A DNA stretch of 64,000 nucleotides, taken from NCBI GenBank assembly GCA_050084985.1, contig JBITNC010000001.1, forward strand, positions 176,514,001 to 176,578,000, read 5' to 3'. How positions within the stretch are numbered: position 1 is the first letter of the stretch; each line of letters starts with the position of its first letter. The DNA is from Nageia nagi (lineage: Eukaryota > Plantae > Pinophyta). Positions 12,601-24,697 of this stretch are shown here, in pieces. The translations under genes and the position numbers were made by a program. Under the pieces are notes generated by a model. That model did not search any database. It saw only the letters and a list, made by a program, of their open reading frames with translations, and had not been told where the DNA came from.

Positions 12601-14423
12601 GAACTCTAAAATTTTGCAAGAATCTTGTGGCCCATTTTCCTTGCTTCCTTGCAACACCGCATCTTTCCCTTCAAGCACAAATTTCAATTCTAATTTCTGA
12701 TAATTAGTAACATAATCACCAAGTGAATACAACCATTGCACACCCAAAACCATATGCAGAATACCTCCTAAGGGAAAAACAAAGAATCACTCATCTACTT
12801 CCATGTTGCCAAAATTAATTTTTATGTTTCTTACCACTTTGTTGCATGTGATAAGATCACTATTGCCAATAGCAACACTGAAACCAGGAATGATAGTTGT
12901 AGGAAGATTCTTTCTAGTGGCAAACTTCTCATCAACAAAATTGTAAGTAGCACCACCATCTATTAAAACAATAACTTTTTCATCAAAACATCTACCCGGT
13001 ACTTTAATAGTGTGAAATCAATTCAAGCCACTCAAAGTGGCTAGGAAACCTTCAGGAACTTCCTCATACTCCCTTTGTGCTTCCTCTTCCAAAGGTGTCT
13101 CATCTACCTCATAAAAATCATAATTATAAGAATCAAAATCAGAATGTAATTCAATGATTTTCATACCTCCTCTGCATTTATGACCTCTTTGCCAAGGATA
13201 CTTGCAAATGAAACACTTGTTTTGTTTCCATAGCTCATCTTTCTCTTCTTGTGTCAAACGTGGGCCATTTGGGGGCTTATTAGGTGGCTGAAAACCAGAT
13301 CTAAAACCCTCTCTATGTGTGGGATTCCTGCCATAAAAATTTCTCTCATTTCCACCTTGCTGCATGAGGTTTCCTAACTATCCATACTGCTGTCCAAAAC
13401 ATGTTTTCCTGGCTGCAAAAGGTGGTCTAGCAGATGTGTTATGTGCAACATATTTCTGCTTAGGAGGCAAAACAGATTCCAAGCTCAAAGCCCTCTTAAT
13501 GGCATCCTCAAGAGTAACTGGCTCAAAAGCCTTAACTAGCCCTTTCAAGGGTTCCAATAAACCATCCATAAAAAGAAAAATTACCCTCTTGGGTGAAATG
13601 TTTTGTACCTGAACTGAAAGTTGCTCAAACTCCTCCACATAGGCATGAATGGATGAAGTTTGCTTCAAAGTGGCAAGCTCCTTAAAATACTCTTCCACAT
13701 TCCTCCTTTCAAACCTGTTCAAAACCCTAACACAAAATTCATCAAATGTATCAATATCACCATGCCCTTGGGTTACTAACCCATGATGCCACCATGAGTA
13801 AGCACTACCCTCAAGGTGGAGTGTAGCAATCTAAACTACATCAGCTTCAGAAATAGGCTCCAAGGTAAAATAAGTGTGCAATTTTTGAAGCCATGCCCTA
13901 TCTGTGAGACCATCTTGACCATTAAATGAGGGAATGGTCAACTTTTGATGTAATAAGAGTTTTTCTCTTTTTTAGCCTCAACAATAGATTTACCCACAAT
14001 CTTCAAATTTTATCAACAGAAACTGCTATCCTAAAAACTTCAAAATTATTACTATAAGCAGCAAACCGTTCATCTAATTCATTAGTCACCTCACATTCCT
14101 CCGATGAAGGTGGTGGAACAAGAAACATAGGCTTGGACGACCTAGGCAAGGGAGTGTGTGAGTTAGATGATGACTCATGCCCATTGTTGTTGTTGCCTCC
14201 CCTTTCTCCTTCGCTCCTTGCACCATCCATTTGGGTTGTCCATAGCTGCCCTCAATTCTTGTTGATTTGTCTCTTATAAGGACACCATTCTTTGCAGCAT
14301 GTCAAGTAGGGCATCGAACTTTTGCTCAGCCCTATCAGGCTCCTCATCCTCTTCCATGTTTGCCATTTCCAAAGCAAGTTTGTTTCTCCTAATAAAATAT
14401 TGATGAATAGGGAGACAATGCAT
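9672..14423 (-). pseudogene. gag-pol polyprotein, fragmented by stops and frameshifts
   Basis: gag (FMDGLLEPLKGLVKAF; CFICKYPWQRGHKC); protease (LIDGGATYNFVD near 12960); RT (MCIDYRALN, FFDDILVY); RNase H (CDASGAGVGAVL, YDKEMLAI); integrase (HDAPLVGHPG..CIIC, WESISMD, KFYGPY); chromodomain (EYLVKWKDLPMEDATWE) running into the 3' LTR. Confidence 0.95.
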
Positions 14424-14785
14424 AAAACCCTATCAAACCCTTAAAAAATGGAATTTCAAAATATTGAAAATTCTTACCACCAAAATTTTTTCTAAAACCA
14501 CAAATCTACAATTTGGCCAAAAGGGTATATCCAAATCTACAATTTTTATCTTCAAAAAAAAATCCCTAAAAATCCGCAAATCCCCTAAAAATCCACGATT
14601 TTCACTAGGGCATAAATTTTCACCACAAAAAAACACTTTTCAACACGAATCTAAAATAACCACAAAAATTTCTGAAAGCCCTAATTTTTCTAAAAACCTT
14701 AATTCAAAAAAACTCGAAAACTAAGATACCCACAACTACCAAAATTCAAAAAAATAGACACTAACCACAGGTTGGCAAGATTCGA

Positions 14786-14797
14786 GATCTGATACCA
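14786..14797 (-). promoter_or_regulatory. Primer-binding site (tRNA-iMet type)
   Basis: TGGTATCAGATC, 2 nt from the 5' LTR end; 11/12 match to TGGTATCAGAGC. Confidence 0.9.
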
Positions 14798-14799
14798 CT

Positions 14800-15593
14800 T
14801 GTGATGTTCCTTTTATATATATATATTCTAGCAAACCCTCAACATAAAAATGCAGAGCTAAATTGCAACAATAAGACAACTCAGAAATTGCTCATAAAAT
14901 AACACAAGTATGAGGAGAAATCAACCAATATCATATATTAAATATTGCCAAACCAATACAACAGCTGGAATGGACAAATAGTCCCCAAGGAACTCAAAAT
15001 GCAGATACAAACTTCCACAAGTGGGACGAACCAACCTCAAGGCTGAACTGATGCAAAAACTCCTCAATATTGACCCCAAATACAAGCATAGGGTTTGGGG
15101 CTACCAATAGGTCTGAAACACACGTCACAAACGCTCCCAAAAATGCCACGAACTTCCCAAATTGAGTGAATCCCTTCACCAAAAATGCCACGAACCACTC
15201 ACAGATGCCTCTTTTGTGTTTTTAATATTTTAGAGCAACAACACCTTCAATGATATTGCCAAGACCCCAACCATGCACCTCCAATGCACTATGGGAATGA
15301 GCAAGACCTGCAATCTCAACTCATGGAAACTCTAGGGTTTCAATATTCAATTCTGATATCAACATAACATGCCCAAAATGGGACGCTCACTTCCTTTTAT
15401 ATGATGAGGTTCTAATTTGGAGTTGACATCTCCCAACCCTAAAATCACTTAAAGTGCCCTATTACAACATAAAAACATAAAACATAAATAAACACAACTC
15501 AAGTTATGTCTCCTAGTCACATGAACCCCTTTTTCACTTTTATAATTAAGTGTAAGAGACATTTACAAAAATATTTATTTTTGGGACATTACA
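14800..15593 (-). repeat. 5' LTR of the chromovirus (794 bp)
   Basis: Direct repeat of 8896-9690; TATA box TATAAAAGG on the minus strand near 15393-15401. Confidence 0.95.
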
Positions 15594-16699
15594 CTATTTT
15601 GGCTCTATTGTATTGTATTTGCTCCTCCATTTATATAATTGAGGCATTGTTTGTTGGATCTCATTTCTTGCTTGTGCATGGGATATTTTGAGCAATTGAA
15701 ATGTGTTTGGCATTGTTTCTTGTCTTGGCATAACTTGTTGGAGTTTTTTGAACTTTAATTTTGGCATAAAATAATTAAGGTGCATCACAAAGGTATCGGA
15801 GCTAGATCCTACCATCCTATGGTAATGGATAGAGAAGAATCACTCAAATCTACATCTAGGAAGGAGAAGATAGATGCAGCCCTAGATCTAATGAAAACAT
15901 TGCTCAAGGAATTCGCCCAAAGAAATGCCCAACAAGAAAAAGATGAGATGATGTTTGGGCCCATGTCACCACAAAAAATGAGGAAATAAGAGAAGAATGA
16001 TCATATCAAAAGCACACCAGGACATCCTCCACCCATTCAACAACCTCCACCTCCTTGGCCATATTTGAATCAAAGAAGGGAAGGGATTTGGGCCCTAGAC
16101 ATGGTCCCATAGTTTGATGGAGAAGGAAAAATTACGGCAAGGGTCGGCTTGCAATAATCAAGGGCTTTCTTCATCCTCAACAAGATACCCAAGGAGGAAG
16201 CAATTCAGATCGCCATCATGCATTTGGCGGGATTAACTCAAGAATGGTGGCACCATGGTGAGGAGACCTAGGATCATAGCTTCATTTGCCCATCTGTTCG
16301 TCCAGCTAAAGGATATTCGTTGTGCCCCAGTTGGCTCCTTGGAGGCCAACATCCAACGCTAGGAGCTTGGTATTGTATCACTGCTTATTCAATATCAAAC
16401 ATATAGCCAGTGAGCATTTGGATCTCTTGCTATTTTGTGTTATTGTCCATTATTGCAACATTGTGGTTTGATTTCTCATTCTTGCATGTATAAGCCAGAC
16501 GTTGCCATTGTGAGCTTGTAATAATTAATATTGATTGATCTTGGCCATATGTTGGCATATTTAGGTTGTATATGCTTTATTTGGATGCCCTAGACCAGAT
16601 GTTAGGGTTTTTGTAATCGAATTTGTTGATTTGCATTTGAGATTGTGTTTGAGTCCTTACATTCTTAATTCAACATCTCCCATCTTATGAGTTGTTACA

Positions 16700-18523
16700 A
16701 TTTGAGGTATTTAGACCTCCATCCTTCGTGATGACGATTACCCTCTTGAATTTGATCATCCTTGCTTGCTCTCTTTCTCTTTTTGGCTTTTATGTTCCAA
16801 ATATGGTCTTTTTTCTTCTCTCCTTATCGTTTGTTCTCCTTCCTTTTGTTGTCTTCCAGAATGAGAAGATTCCTTTTGGGAGTGACCATGGATGCCTCAT
16901 ATCTAATATGCACATTACTAGATCTAATAGATCAAAATGATTGTTCTGGTATTTGAGCCCTATGGATGGCACTATGAAGAGATGTGGGTGCAAAAACCTC
17001 AACTAGTCCCTTCAATGGATCAAGTAGCCCTTCAATAAACAAATATGTCATACCTTTTTCAGCTATACCACTCACCCTAGCAACAATTCTCTGAAACTCT
17101 TCAACGTAGGCTCCCACAATTTACTTTTGTCTAAACACAACCAACTCTCCAAAGTATTCGTTCTCCTCCTTGAGATCAAAATGTCTCAAGATCCGTTGAC
17201 TAAATTCCTCAAAAGTTTGGATAGTTGTATATCCTCGATTGCACTCCTCATGATACCACCAATCCCATGCCTTCTAGATGTAAAATAGCTAGATTGATGG
17301 CATCCTCCTTAAACATAGGGTTCAACATAAAATAAGACTCCAATTTTTGTAACCAAACCTGAGCCGAAATTTTACTTTTTCAATCAAATACTGGAATCTT
17401 CGTCAAATCGGACTTGGCCCTCCAACACAAGTCTTCCTCTTCCTCATGTCATGACCAAAGCGAAGGGGATGGTCATTCGGGTGGTGGATGTTCAGATGTG
17501 CCCTCATTAATGTCTTCTTGCATGGCGGGTTGTAGAGATCTAGCCCTTTCTTGCTTAGGAGAGTCTCTTTCATTCCCCATCTTCGAGAAGTCTTGTCACA
17601 ATATTTAGCAAAGCTTCAATCTGTTGATCCCTTTTTGCTCTTCTCTCCATCCTCATAAGTTGACCAGATATTGGCTCTGATACCATTTGCAATGTTCCAA
17701 ACTATAAAACTTAGGAATTATCACAATTTACACCAAGAAAATGCAATAACAAACCAAGTATGGATGCCTAGTAACCAACTTTGATATTATTATAGCTCAA
17801 AGGAACAAATAAAATGTTCAAATAGCATCCAAAAGGGCCTCTAGAGCTGGACGAACTCCTCCAAGGCTGAGAAATGCAGCAATGATGTCCAAAATGGCTC
17901 AAGGTTTGACTTACTAGGCGAATCTAAAGCTTCCCCAACCTCAACAATGGGCTAACATCACACTTTTGGGATGGCAATCTTCTGAATCTAAATACTGAAA
18001 GTCTTCACATAGGGTGGCAAGAGCTTAATGAGGCTCTAGGTATGGCATGAGCTTGATGAGGCTTCCAAGCCAAAGAACAAGTGGAAAATGGCCAAATTAG
18101 CAAATAAACGATTGAATATGCAAATATGTCCTCTGACCATGCGTCCAACCCTCCTTATAGCTTGACGTCACACCTAGGGGCTAGACATCTCACCTTGGGA
18201 TCCCCAATCTTGCCTTGTGATCATGCATACTTGGACATTGCACCTTAGAATCCATGTCTTGGCCTTGGGATTGACGAAATCACTCATAGATATCATAAAT
18301 TACTCCTATCTTACTCAAGAAGGAAACATCCCACTTTGGGGCTCACAATTTGGTCCATGAGATGCATAATTCCTATCCTTCAGATCTAATTTTAAATATT
18401 AAATCATGTATGCTCTTTACTAAAAGAGGGGCTTACAAATAAAATATTCTTAAATTACAAATAACTCCTAATTATTACAAAAATATATTTTAATCATGTA
18501 ATTTCCCACCATGGGATATTACA
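16700..18523 (-). mobile_element. Truncated Ty3/gypsy element: LTR 17688-18523, PBS and gag remnant
   Basis: LTR TGCAATGTTCC...GGGATATTACA; perfect PBS TGGTATCAGAGC at 17674-17685; gag AYVEEFQRIVARVSG...FIEGLLDPLKGLVEVF; no pol seen. Confidence 0.85.
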
Positions 18524-20761
18524 TAAGATCAATCTGTTTATGGCAATAACAAATCAGTTCTGCAATCAATGAACATCAAAGCAATCATATTACAACATGA
18601 ATTGTCAAGGAATGATATTACAGCATGAATTGTCAACGAATTAAAAGATTCTTAAAAGTGTTATAATTTAGTAAGGAATTCGAGAAAAAATGCTTAATGA
18701 ATACAATGAAAATGAGTTTAATTAAGCATGAAAAGTGTAAAGATTTAATATGGCACAACTATCTTCAAATAGCAAAAAGATTTGAGGGTTTTAAAGGCCC
18801 CTAAGGTTGATATAGTTCAGATAAGGAACTATAGGCAAAGTGAATGATGATTTTGAGTTTGAGTAATGCAAATGAGTAAAGAGATAAATGCATAGAAATA
18901 AACTAAATTAAGGCAAACTCTTAAGATAGGTATAAATGTAAAGAAGATATAGTGTATGGACCTTGGGTAGAAGGCTAAGGGTATCATCTTAATTATGCTT
19001 GAAAAGAGTTTGTTAAATAAGAAGAAAGGCTATCTATGGAAGGCTAGAATATCTAAGAAATAAATCTAGTCCTTTAATTGGTCCGAACGAATAAATCCTT
19101 AGTTAATGAAAAATGTTTTGTCTAAGAAAATGAGATCAAACTAAGGAACCCATAATTTAAAAAACAATGAGTTAATACTCATATTTTATGAATATGGCTA
19201 AAGAAGCTTAGCTAAGATAAGCTTAAGAGCAAATTAAGATTGGTGATAATAGCCTATGCTTGAATAGGCCTTCAACTAATACAAAATGAATTAAAAATAG
19301 ATGATCTAAGCATAATTGGGATCTTTAGGATAACCTAGTCTTAGAGTCTTAGATCACGGATTAGGGAATTGAATACTTCTAAGATAGTAATGAATTATAA
19401 TTATTGCCTGAGTAAAGATTTAAAAAAAAACTACTTGTGGGTTCATCTTGAAGGCACCAATGTATGTGTGGTAAAATGGGTCATGACATCTGTCAAGGAG
19501 GATTTAGTGTTGAACCCACCCTGATTATATACGCAACCAACCCAATCCTAGAGTATATGGACAAGGCCAAACATTTACTAATATGATTATTAAAATTGCT
19601 TAGGTGTACATGTATGAGGAGATAAGCAACATGAAGAAAACTAAACAAACTACTTGGTTGCCTTCAACATTGAAGTTGATGATGTTCGATCCATTTTGCA
19701 TCAAACTCCTTGTTGATTGGAGTGCATAGCTCAGTGGTTGTGTTTGTATTGAGAACCTTGTTTTCTTTCAATTTTGGGGCTTGCATAGATTACTTTTCCT
19801 CAACCATGGATGAAGATGATGTTAAAACTAAAAGGACAGAAGTATGAAAAGGAATATCTTGTCAACAGAGCAAAATGGACAAGATTTGTAATTAAAGACT
19901 CACAAGTTTTGTCTAGAAGTAACACCATCCATCTTGTTGGACGATGACCAAACTCAGAACATGATTAATATTATCAATCCCACCAATGGCTACATCCTTC
20001 AACTGTACCAATGCTCAATGGATGACAATCAGATAGTAGACTATGTATTAGCAAATTGAAGTGTTCTCTCCCTCATACTTATGCAGTAATCAATTCATGT
20101 TGCCTCCAAGCTAGAGAGGTGCCAGCCATAGCTTGCCAAGCTTGAGACACTCAAGAAATAACAAGATAAGTGGAAGACCAGTTTGTATGGAACCATGCGA
20201 TTAATAAGTACAGTAGGCAAAACATAAGCTTCACATGGAAAAATAAAGCTACAAACAGTCGTTGCTTGTAGCATTGTTTCCTTCAACATCAATGGGTTCT
20301 AGAAAAACAGTCTCACCTAGAACTTTGTAATCATTACTATTGATCCCCACACCTATAGTATATTAAATTACATTTATTGTTGCCCCAGTTCAGCTGTCAA
20401 AATTCACCTTCAATTTCATTCTTGAGCCTTGTCAGCAGGATGCAAAACAATTTTTAGAGTGGGTATAGACGTACCCAAGGAAATTGTAGATTTGTAATTA
20501 TGCACTGCTATAAAATAATAAAATAAGAAAATGTTGTTGCGTTGCATGGGAATCATTAATTGCTACCAATATATAGCTTATAAGTGCTATAGCCAATTTT
20601 TTCCAACACCCACACATGATGTGGCAAACCTATATACATGTCTTACATTGACCATTGAAAGATATCTTTCTAATTATCTATATACCGCATTGCATGTCTT
20701 TGCAGAGACTATACATTATAGGTGTTCATAATAAAGATACACCATATCCATCTACTATGTC

Positions 20762-21591
20762 GTAAGTTATGAAGTTCAAATTCAAATACGAATTCAACAT
20801 TCTTGAAATTTGAATGAAATTCGACATATTTAAGAATTCAGGATAAAATTCGAAATAAAATTTGATATGTTAAACATATACATATATGATATATCATTAT
20901 GTAAATGATTTAGTAACAAAGGAACTAAAACAAGAAAACAATTAAATATATAAAATAATTAAACTTAAATTACAATTAAATATATAAAAATAAAACATAA
21001 AATAAATTAAATATATAAAAATAAAACATTATATTGCAATTTATAAATAGAATTTAAACATTATAATTTATAAATTGAATTAAATAATATATAAAAATAA
21101 AACATTACAATGAATAAAATAAAAGCTATACAACATTACAATTTGTAATCAAATTAAATATAAAAAATAAAACATTACAATGTATAAAAATAAAATTTAA
21201 AACATAAATATACAATAAAACATTAGATTTACTGAATGCAAGGGTGCTCAACATGAATAGGAGACAAAGACAGAGACGGGAGAAATGAGAATGCATCTCA
21301 GACTAGACCGATTGTGATGGCAGATACGTCTAATCTCGATGCATGTATGGAGGCTGGAGCGATATGTTTGGACAGAGAGTGTGTTTGGAGGCTGAGCGAT
21401 GCGGTTGGAGTCTGGATAGACATTTGTTTCATGATTCTGCCTTGCCCCTTTTCCTAATGAATTTTTGGACTGGCCCCTTTTCCATAGAGAAACACGAATT
21501 TTTTATTATATTCGCGAATTTATTTGTAACGCTATGGAATTCAGCGATTTTTGTATTTTTTCAATAAAATTCAGCTAACTTAATAACTTAG
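20762..21591. mobile_element. hAT-like MITE
   Basis: TIR GTAAGTTAT / ATAACTTAG; TSD ACTATGTC/ACTATATC (7/8); subterminal GAATT/AATTCG motifs; very AT-rich centre. Confidence 0.75.
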
Positions 21592-22159
21592 ACTATATCT
21601 TGTATGATTATGTTCAACCAATGTTAATAGTGGTATGGTAATGGATATAATGGAACAGTGTCCTTAAAACGGAAGTTCATTAATATAATGACTCCAATAA
21701 ACACCCAAATCATCGCCTAAGTTCATGGAACTTTGAATTTGTTTGGCCAACATGCAAAGGCCAAATAGCCTGAACCTTCTTGTTGATTCCATTGATACTA
21801 GGAATCTTTCCTGCCTGTTTTATTTGGGGTTCAGATTTTTCAAACATAAAATCACAGCCAAGGGGATAAGCTCATCAAAGATATGCAAATGTGTGATCCA
21901 CTGGATTAATAGATATAAAGGTTTCCTTACTCAAGCTTTATCAAAATGTACAGATAGCTATTATACTTTTGAGGTTCTAGTTTCACAAAAATAACATTGG
22001 ATGGATATCTTCAAGAATTCATTCTCATCCTACCCAAAGATAGGAAACATATATAACTAAAAAGGCAAATTTAAGTAAATTTTTGATACATTATATATAA
22101 TATTTCATAGATTCAAGTTGAACGAATATATAGAAGTAAATTTTAGAAAATACATAAAA

Positions 22160-22545
22160 ACTTTTATGTAGAATTTGTAAACAATGGCCCTTAGAAATTT
22201 CTCTAGCGCATTAATCTATACATGCCTATCAAATATGAACCATCTCCAGCTGCTAACGAAAGACTTCAAGACAATAAAAAAATATGCATTTGAAGTTTAT
22301 CTTCCATAAAGTACCAGAACAATATAACTCATGGTTAGGTCAGAAGGTGGCATTACATTTTTCTCTATGCAGAATTTGTAAAATAGTGACACTCAAAAAA
22401 TTCTCTAGAGAATCAATCTATATATGCACAACCAGATGTGAACCATCTCCAGCAGGTAACTAGAGACAGAAAAAATATATACAATTGAAGAAGTTCTTCC
22501 ATAAAGTACCAGAATGATTTAACTCAGTAGGTGGCACTACATATG
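22160..22545. repeat. Old ~200-bp tandem duplication
   Basis: AGAATTTGTAAA...TTCTCTAG...GAACCATCTCCAGC...TCTTCCATAAAGTACCAGAA...GGTGGCA occurs twice; a partial third copy lies near 22740-22805. Confidence 0.8.
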
Positions 22546-23312
22546 CATCAAAAGAATAAACAATGAAGAATTACATTTCAATATTTTATTCTATTTATGA
22601 TAATGATTCATGGACAAGGTAACTAAGGTAATTCCAAAGAATTCAATTAAACAAGCATAACCATACATCTATTTTGAAGAATCTGCAGCACGTATTTAGG
22701 GAGTCCAAGAGAAGAAATTATATAAAGACAAATGCATGCATTTGAACAAGTTCTTTTATAATGTAGAAGAAACCTTCGAGACAATTTTAGGTCAGAAGCG
22801 GCATTATGCACATACATCGTGTAAGGGAGTTGGTGAAACTTGGATGTAGAAAACTCCCAGCTGTTGTAAAGGGAGTCCCAGGTTCAAATCCCACTCCAGA
22901 TATGTACGAAATGTCACATGTGTGACAGACCCAAATGTAAAAAGATTCAGGGAAACTTTCAAAACACCTTCCTCCAACCAAATACAAAAAAGGAGAATAA
23001 GAAAATAAATAAACATCAGTGTAATAATAAACAACAGAACCCAGGTATTTTATTTCCAATGACTCAAAGCTGTCAATAGTAGTTTAAAGTTTCATTTGCA
23101 TGTGCAAAACAAAAGGATAAAGAAAGAGGCAGTGGAAGTTAAAAGGGAGATGGAAAGGAAAGTTTGCTGTTATCCAAAACAAATGCTTTGATTTTATATA
23201 AACATTTTAACTTTAACTATACTCCATCAGCTCAGCCATCTAATAATGTCCCTCATATTCTTATACAATCTCTCAAACAATTCCATAACCAAATATTGGC
23301 AAAAGATCAAAT

Positions 23313-24164
23313 CATAGGTCAAAAAAGTGCATTCAGCAATTAATCGTTTGAGTCAATTCGGAGATTAATCAGTAATTCAGTAATTATGCAGTAAAAAAGC
23401 AGTTATTATGTGATATATGAATTCAGGGTTTTATTTTTTAATGGTATTACTCTCCAAAGATTCATGCATTTTTTTGTTTTTGAATAACATTGCTCTCCAA
23501 AGATTCATGCATTTTTTTGGCTAGAGTTTCTATTAACTATCATCCAGTCACCACTAATTTTTTGTTATCAATTTTTTGAACTAAATTTAGCAATGATGAG
23601 ACTCATTTTCACCTAAATCTTGGGCATGCATGTTTAGGAATGATTTTTTGCTATACATTTGCTGTTGTTAGCTGTAAACCTGAATCCACCACAAATGTAA
23701 ATCTGTATTTACTGATTTGAATTAATAAATATTTTAATTAATTAAGAAAAACAATGTAATTTATTAATAATTGTGTTTTCATATTTTCCAAAGTTAACAA
23801 GAAATATTCAATAACATAGGATCGAATGCCATGGATAGGTGGAATGAATTAATTAAGGAGAAAGGCTTGGTTTTGCCCCACTATTATCACAATTGCTGGC
23901 TCCTTAAACAATAGCAGGGGCGGGTAGGGGAATGAGGCCAAGGGGAAACTGATGGTTCATCGCAATTTTGAGCGTTATCTATGGGAAAGTTGCTAATTAA
24001 GTAGATCCCCCTTTTCCGTGTGGATTGGGTGAATTCACTCTTACTATTACAGGAATATTCTTTATACCCGATCTTTGTTTCGAGTTTTTACCTAATAGTC
24101 AATTTTTATCATGCGGCGAATAATCGACGAATTTTTCTGATTAATCGTGATTTTTAAAACTATG
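23313..24164. mobile_element. Non-autonomous hAT element (MITE-like)
   Basis: Perfect 8-bp TSD GATCAAAT; ends CATAGGTCAAAAA / TTTTAAAACTATG; subterminal TAATCG motifs. Confidence 0.85.
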
Positions 24165-24197
24165 GATCAAATAACAATAAACACTACCATTACTCAC

Positions 24198-24284
24198 CTC
24201 ACCATTCCATACCAAACAATAGGAACTTCACGAAACTGCATTACATCAACATCCTTTTTCTGCTCAAGTAATTCCACAAACAAA
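24198..24284 (-). pseudogene. Decayed tandem duplicate of the 24329-24417 PTST1 exon
   Basis: The homologous frame reads ELLEQKKDVDVMQFREVPIVWYGM. It keeps a GTGAGT donor, has a 1-nt deletion near the donor and an altered 5' end. Confidence 0.85.
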
Positions 24285-24328
24285 CTTCAATAAAAGATCA
24301 AACACGATTGAATATAGCAGTCACTCAC

Positions 24329-24417
24329 CTCAGCCATTCCAAACCACAGAAGAGGAACTTCACGAAACTGCATTGTATCAACATCCTTTATCTGCTCAAG
24401 TAATTTATCACGAAGTT
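24329..24417 (-). CDS. PTST1: PTST1-like exon, entry into CBM48: (E)LRDKLLEQIKDVDTMQFREVPLLWFGMAE
   Basis: ttctAG|AA...GAG|GTgagt; 89 nt, phase 1/0, compatible with the preceding exon across a 174-nt intron. Matches recalled KEQIK...KEVHVFWIGMAE. Confidence 0.9.
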
Positions 24418-24591
24418 CTAGAACCAAATTTCGAGTTAAGATCAAGTTCAATAAACAAAACAAAGGGATGCTTCCGATAATCAGAATTATCAGTTTATCA
24501 AACTTTCACTTATGAATCATATGCATTCAAATAACTATAAGCAAAAAAATATACATTTCTTTCTTGTTCATGCTTAAAATACAAATTCTAC

Positions 24592-24697
24592 CTTCTAATC
24601 TTATTGCAAGATGTGAATGTGGATATCTTCCATTAATTTTTCTTGACGTTGTATTCGCGCCATCTTTAGCAGCTTCTTCTGCAATGGCTACTAGTGC
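24592..24697 (-). CDS. PTST1: PTST1-like exon: ALVAIAEEAAKDGANTTSRKINGRYPHSHLAIRLE
   Basis: ttttcatAG|GCA...GAAG|GTag; 106 nt, phase 0/1. Matches recalled ALVKLAEEIA...SRKISGKYIQSHLLSRL. Confidence 0.9.

Larger units (their letters stand above)
8896..15593 (-). mobile_element. Full-length decayed Ty3/gypsy chromovirus (Reina-like)
   Basis: Paired LTRs 8896-9690 and 14800-15593 with TG..CA ends; perfect 5-bp TSD CTATT; PBS and PPT present; order gag-PR-RT-RH-IN-chromodomain. Confidence 0.97.
8225..16290 (+). mobile_element. Truncated Ty3/gypsy element (5' LTR + PBS + gag remnant) hosting the 8896-15593 insertion in its LTR
   Basis: LTR about 8225-8895 plus 15599-15789, ending CATCACA; PBS-like AGGTATCGGAGC at 15791-15802; gag remnant FDGEGKITA...AIMHLAGLTQEWWHHG near 16110-16270. 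The left boundary is approximate. Confidence 0.7.

Noticed and set aside
18600-19490. Possible solo LTR ending GGGTCATGACA
   Set aside because: No matching left terminus or TSD.
20317-20352. 36-nt AG...GT-bounded candidate micro-exon on the minus strand
   Set aside because: In the required phase 0 it ends in TAG and has no PTST1 similarity; chance splice-like signals are common in long introns.
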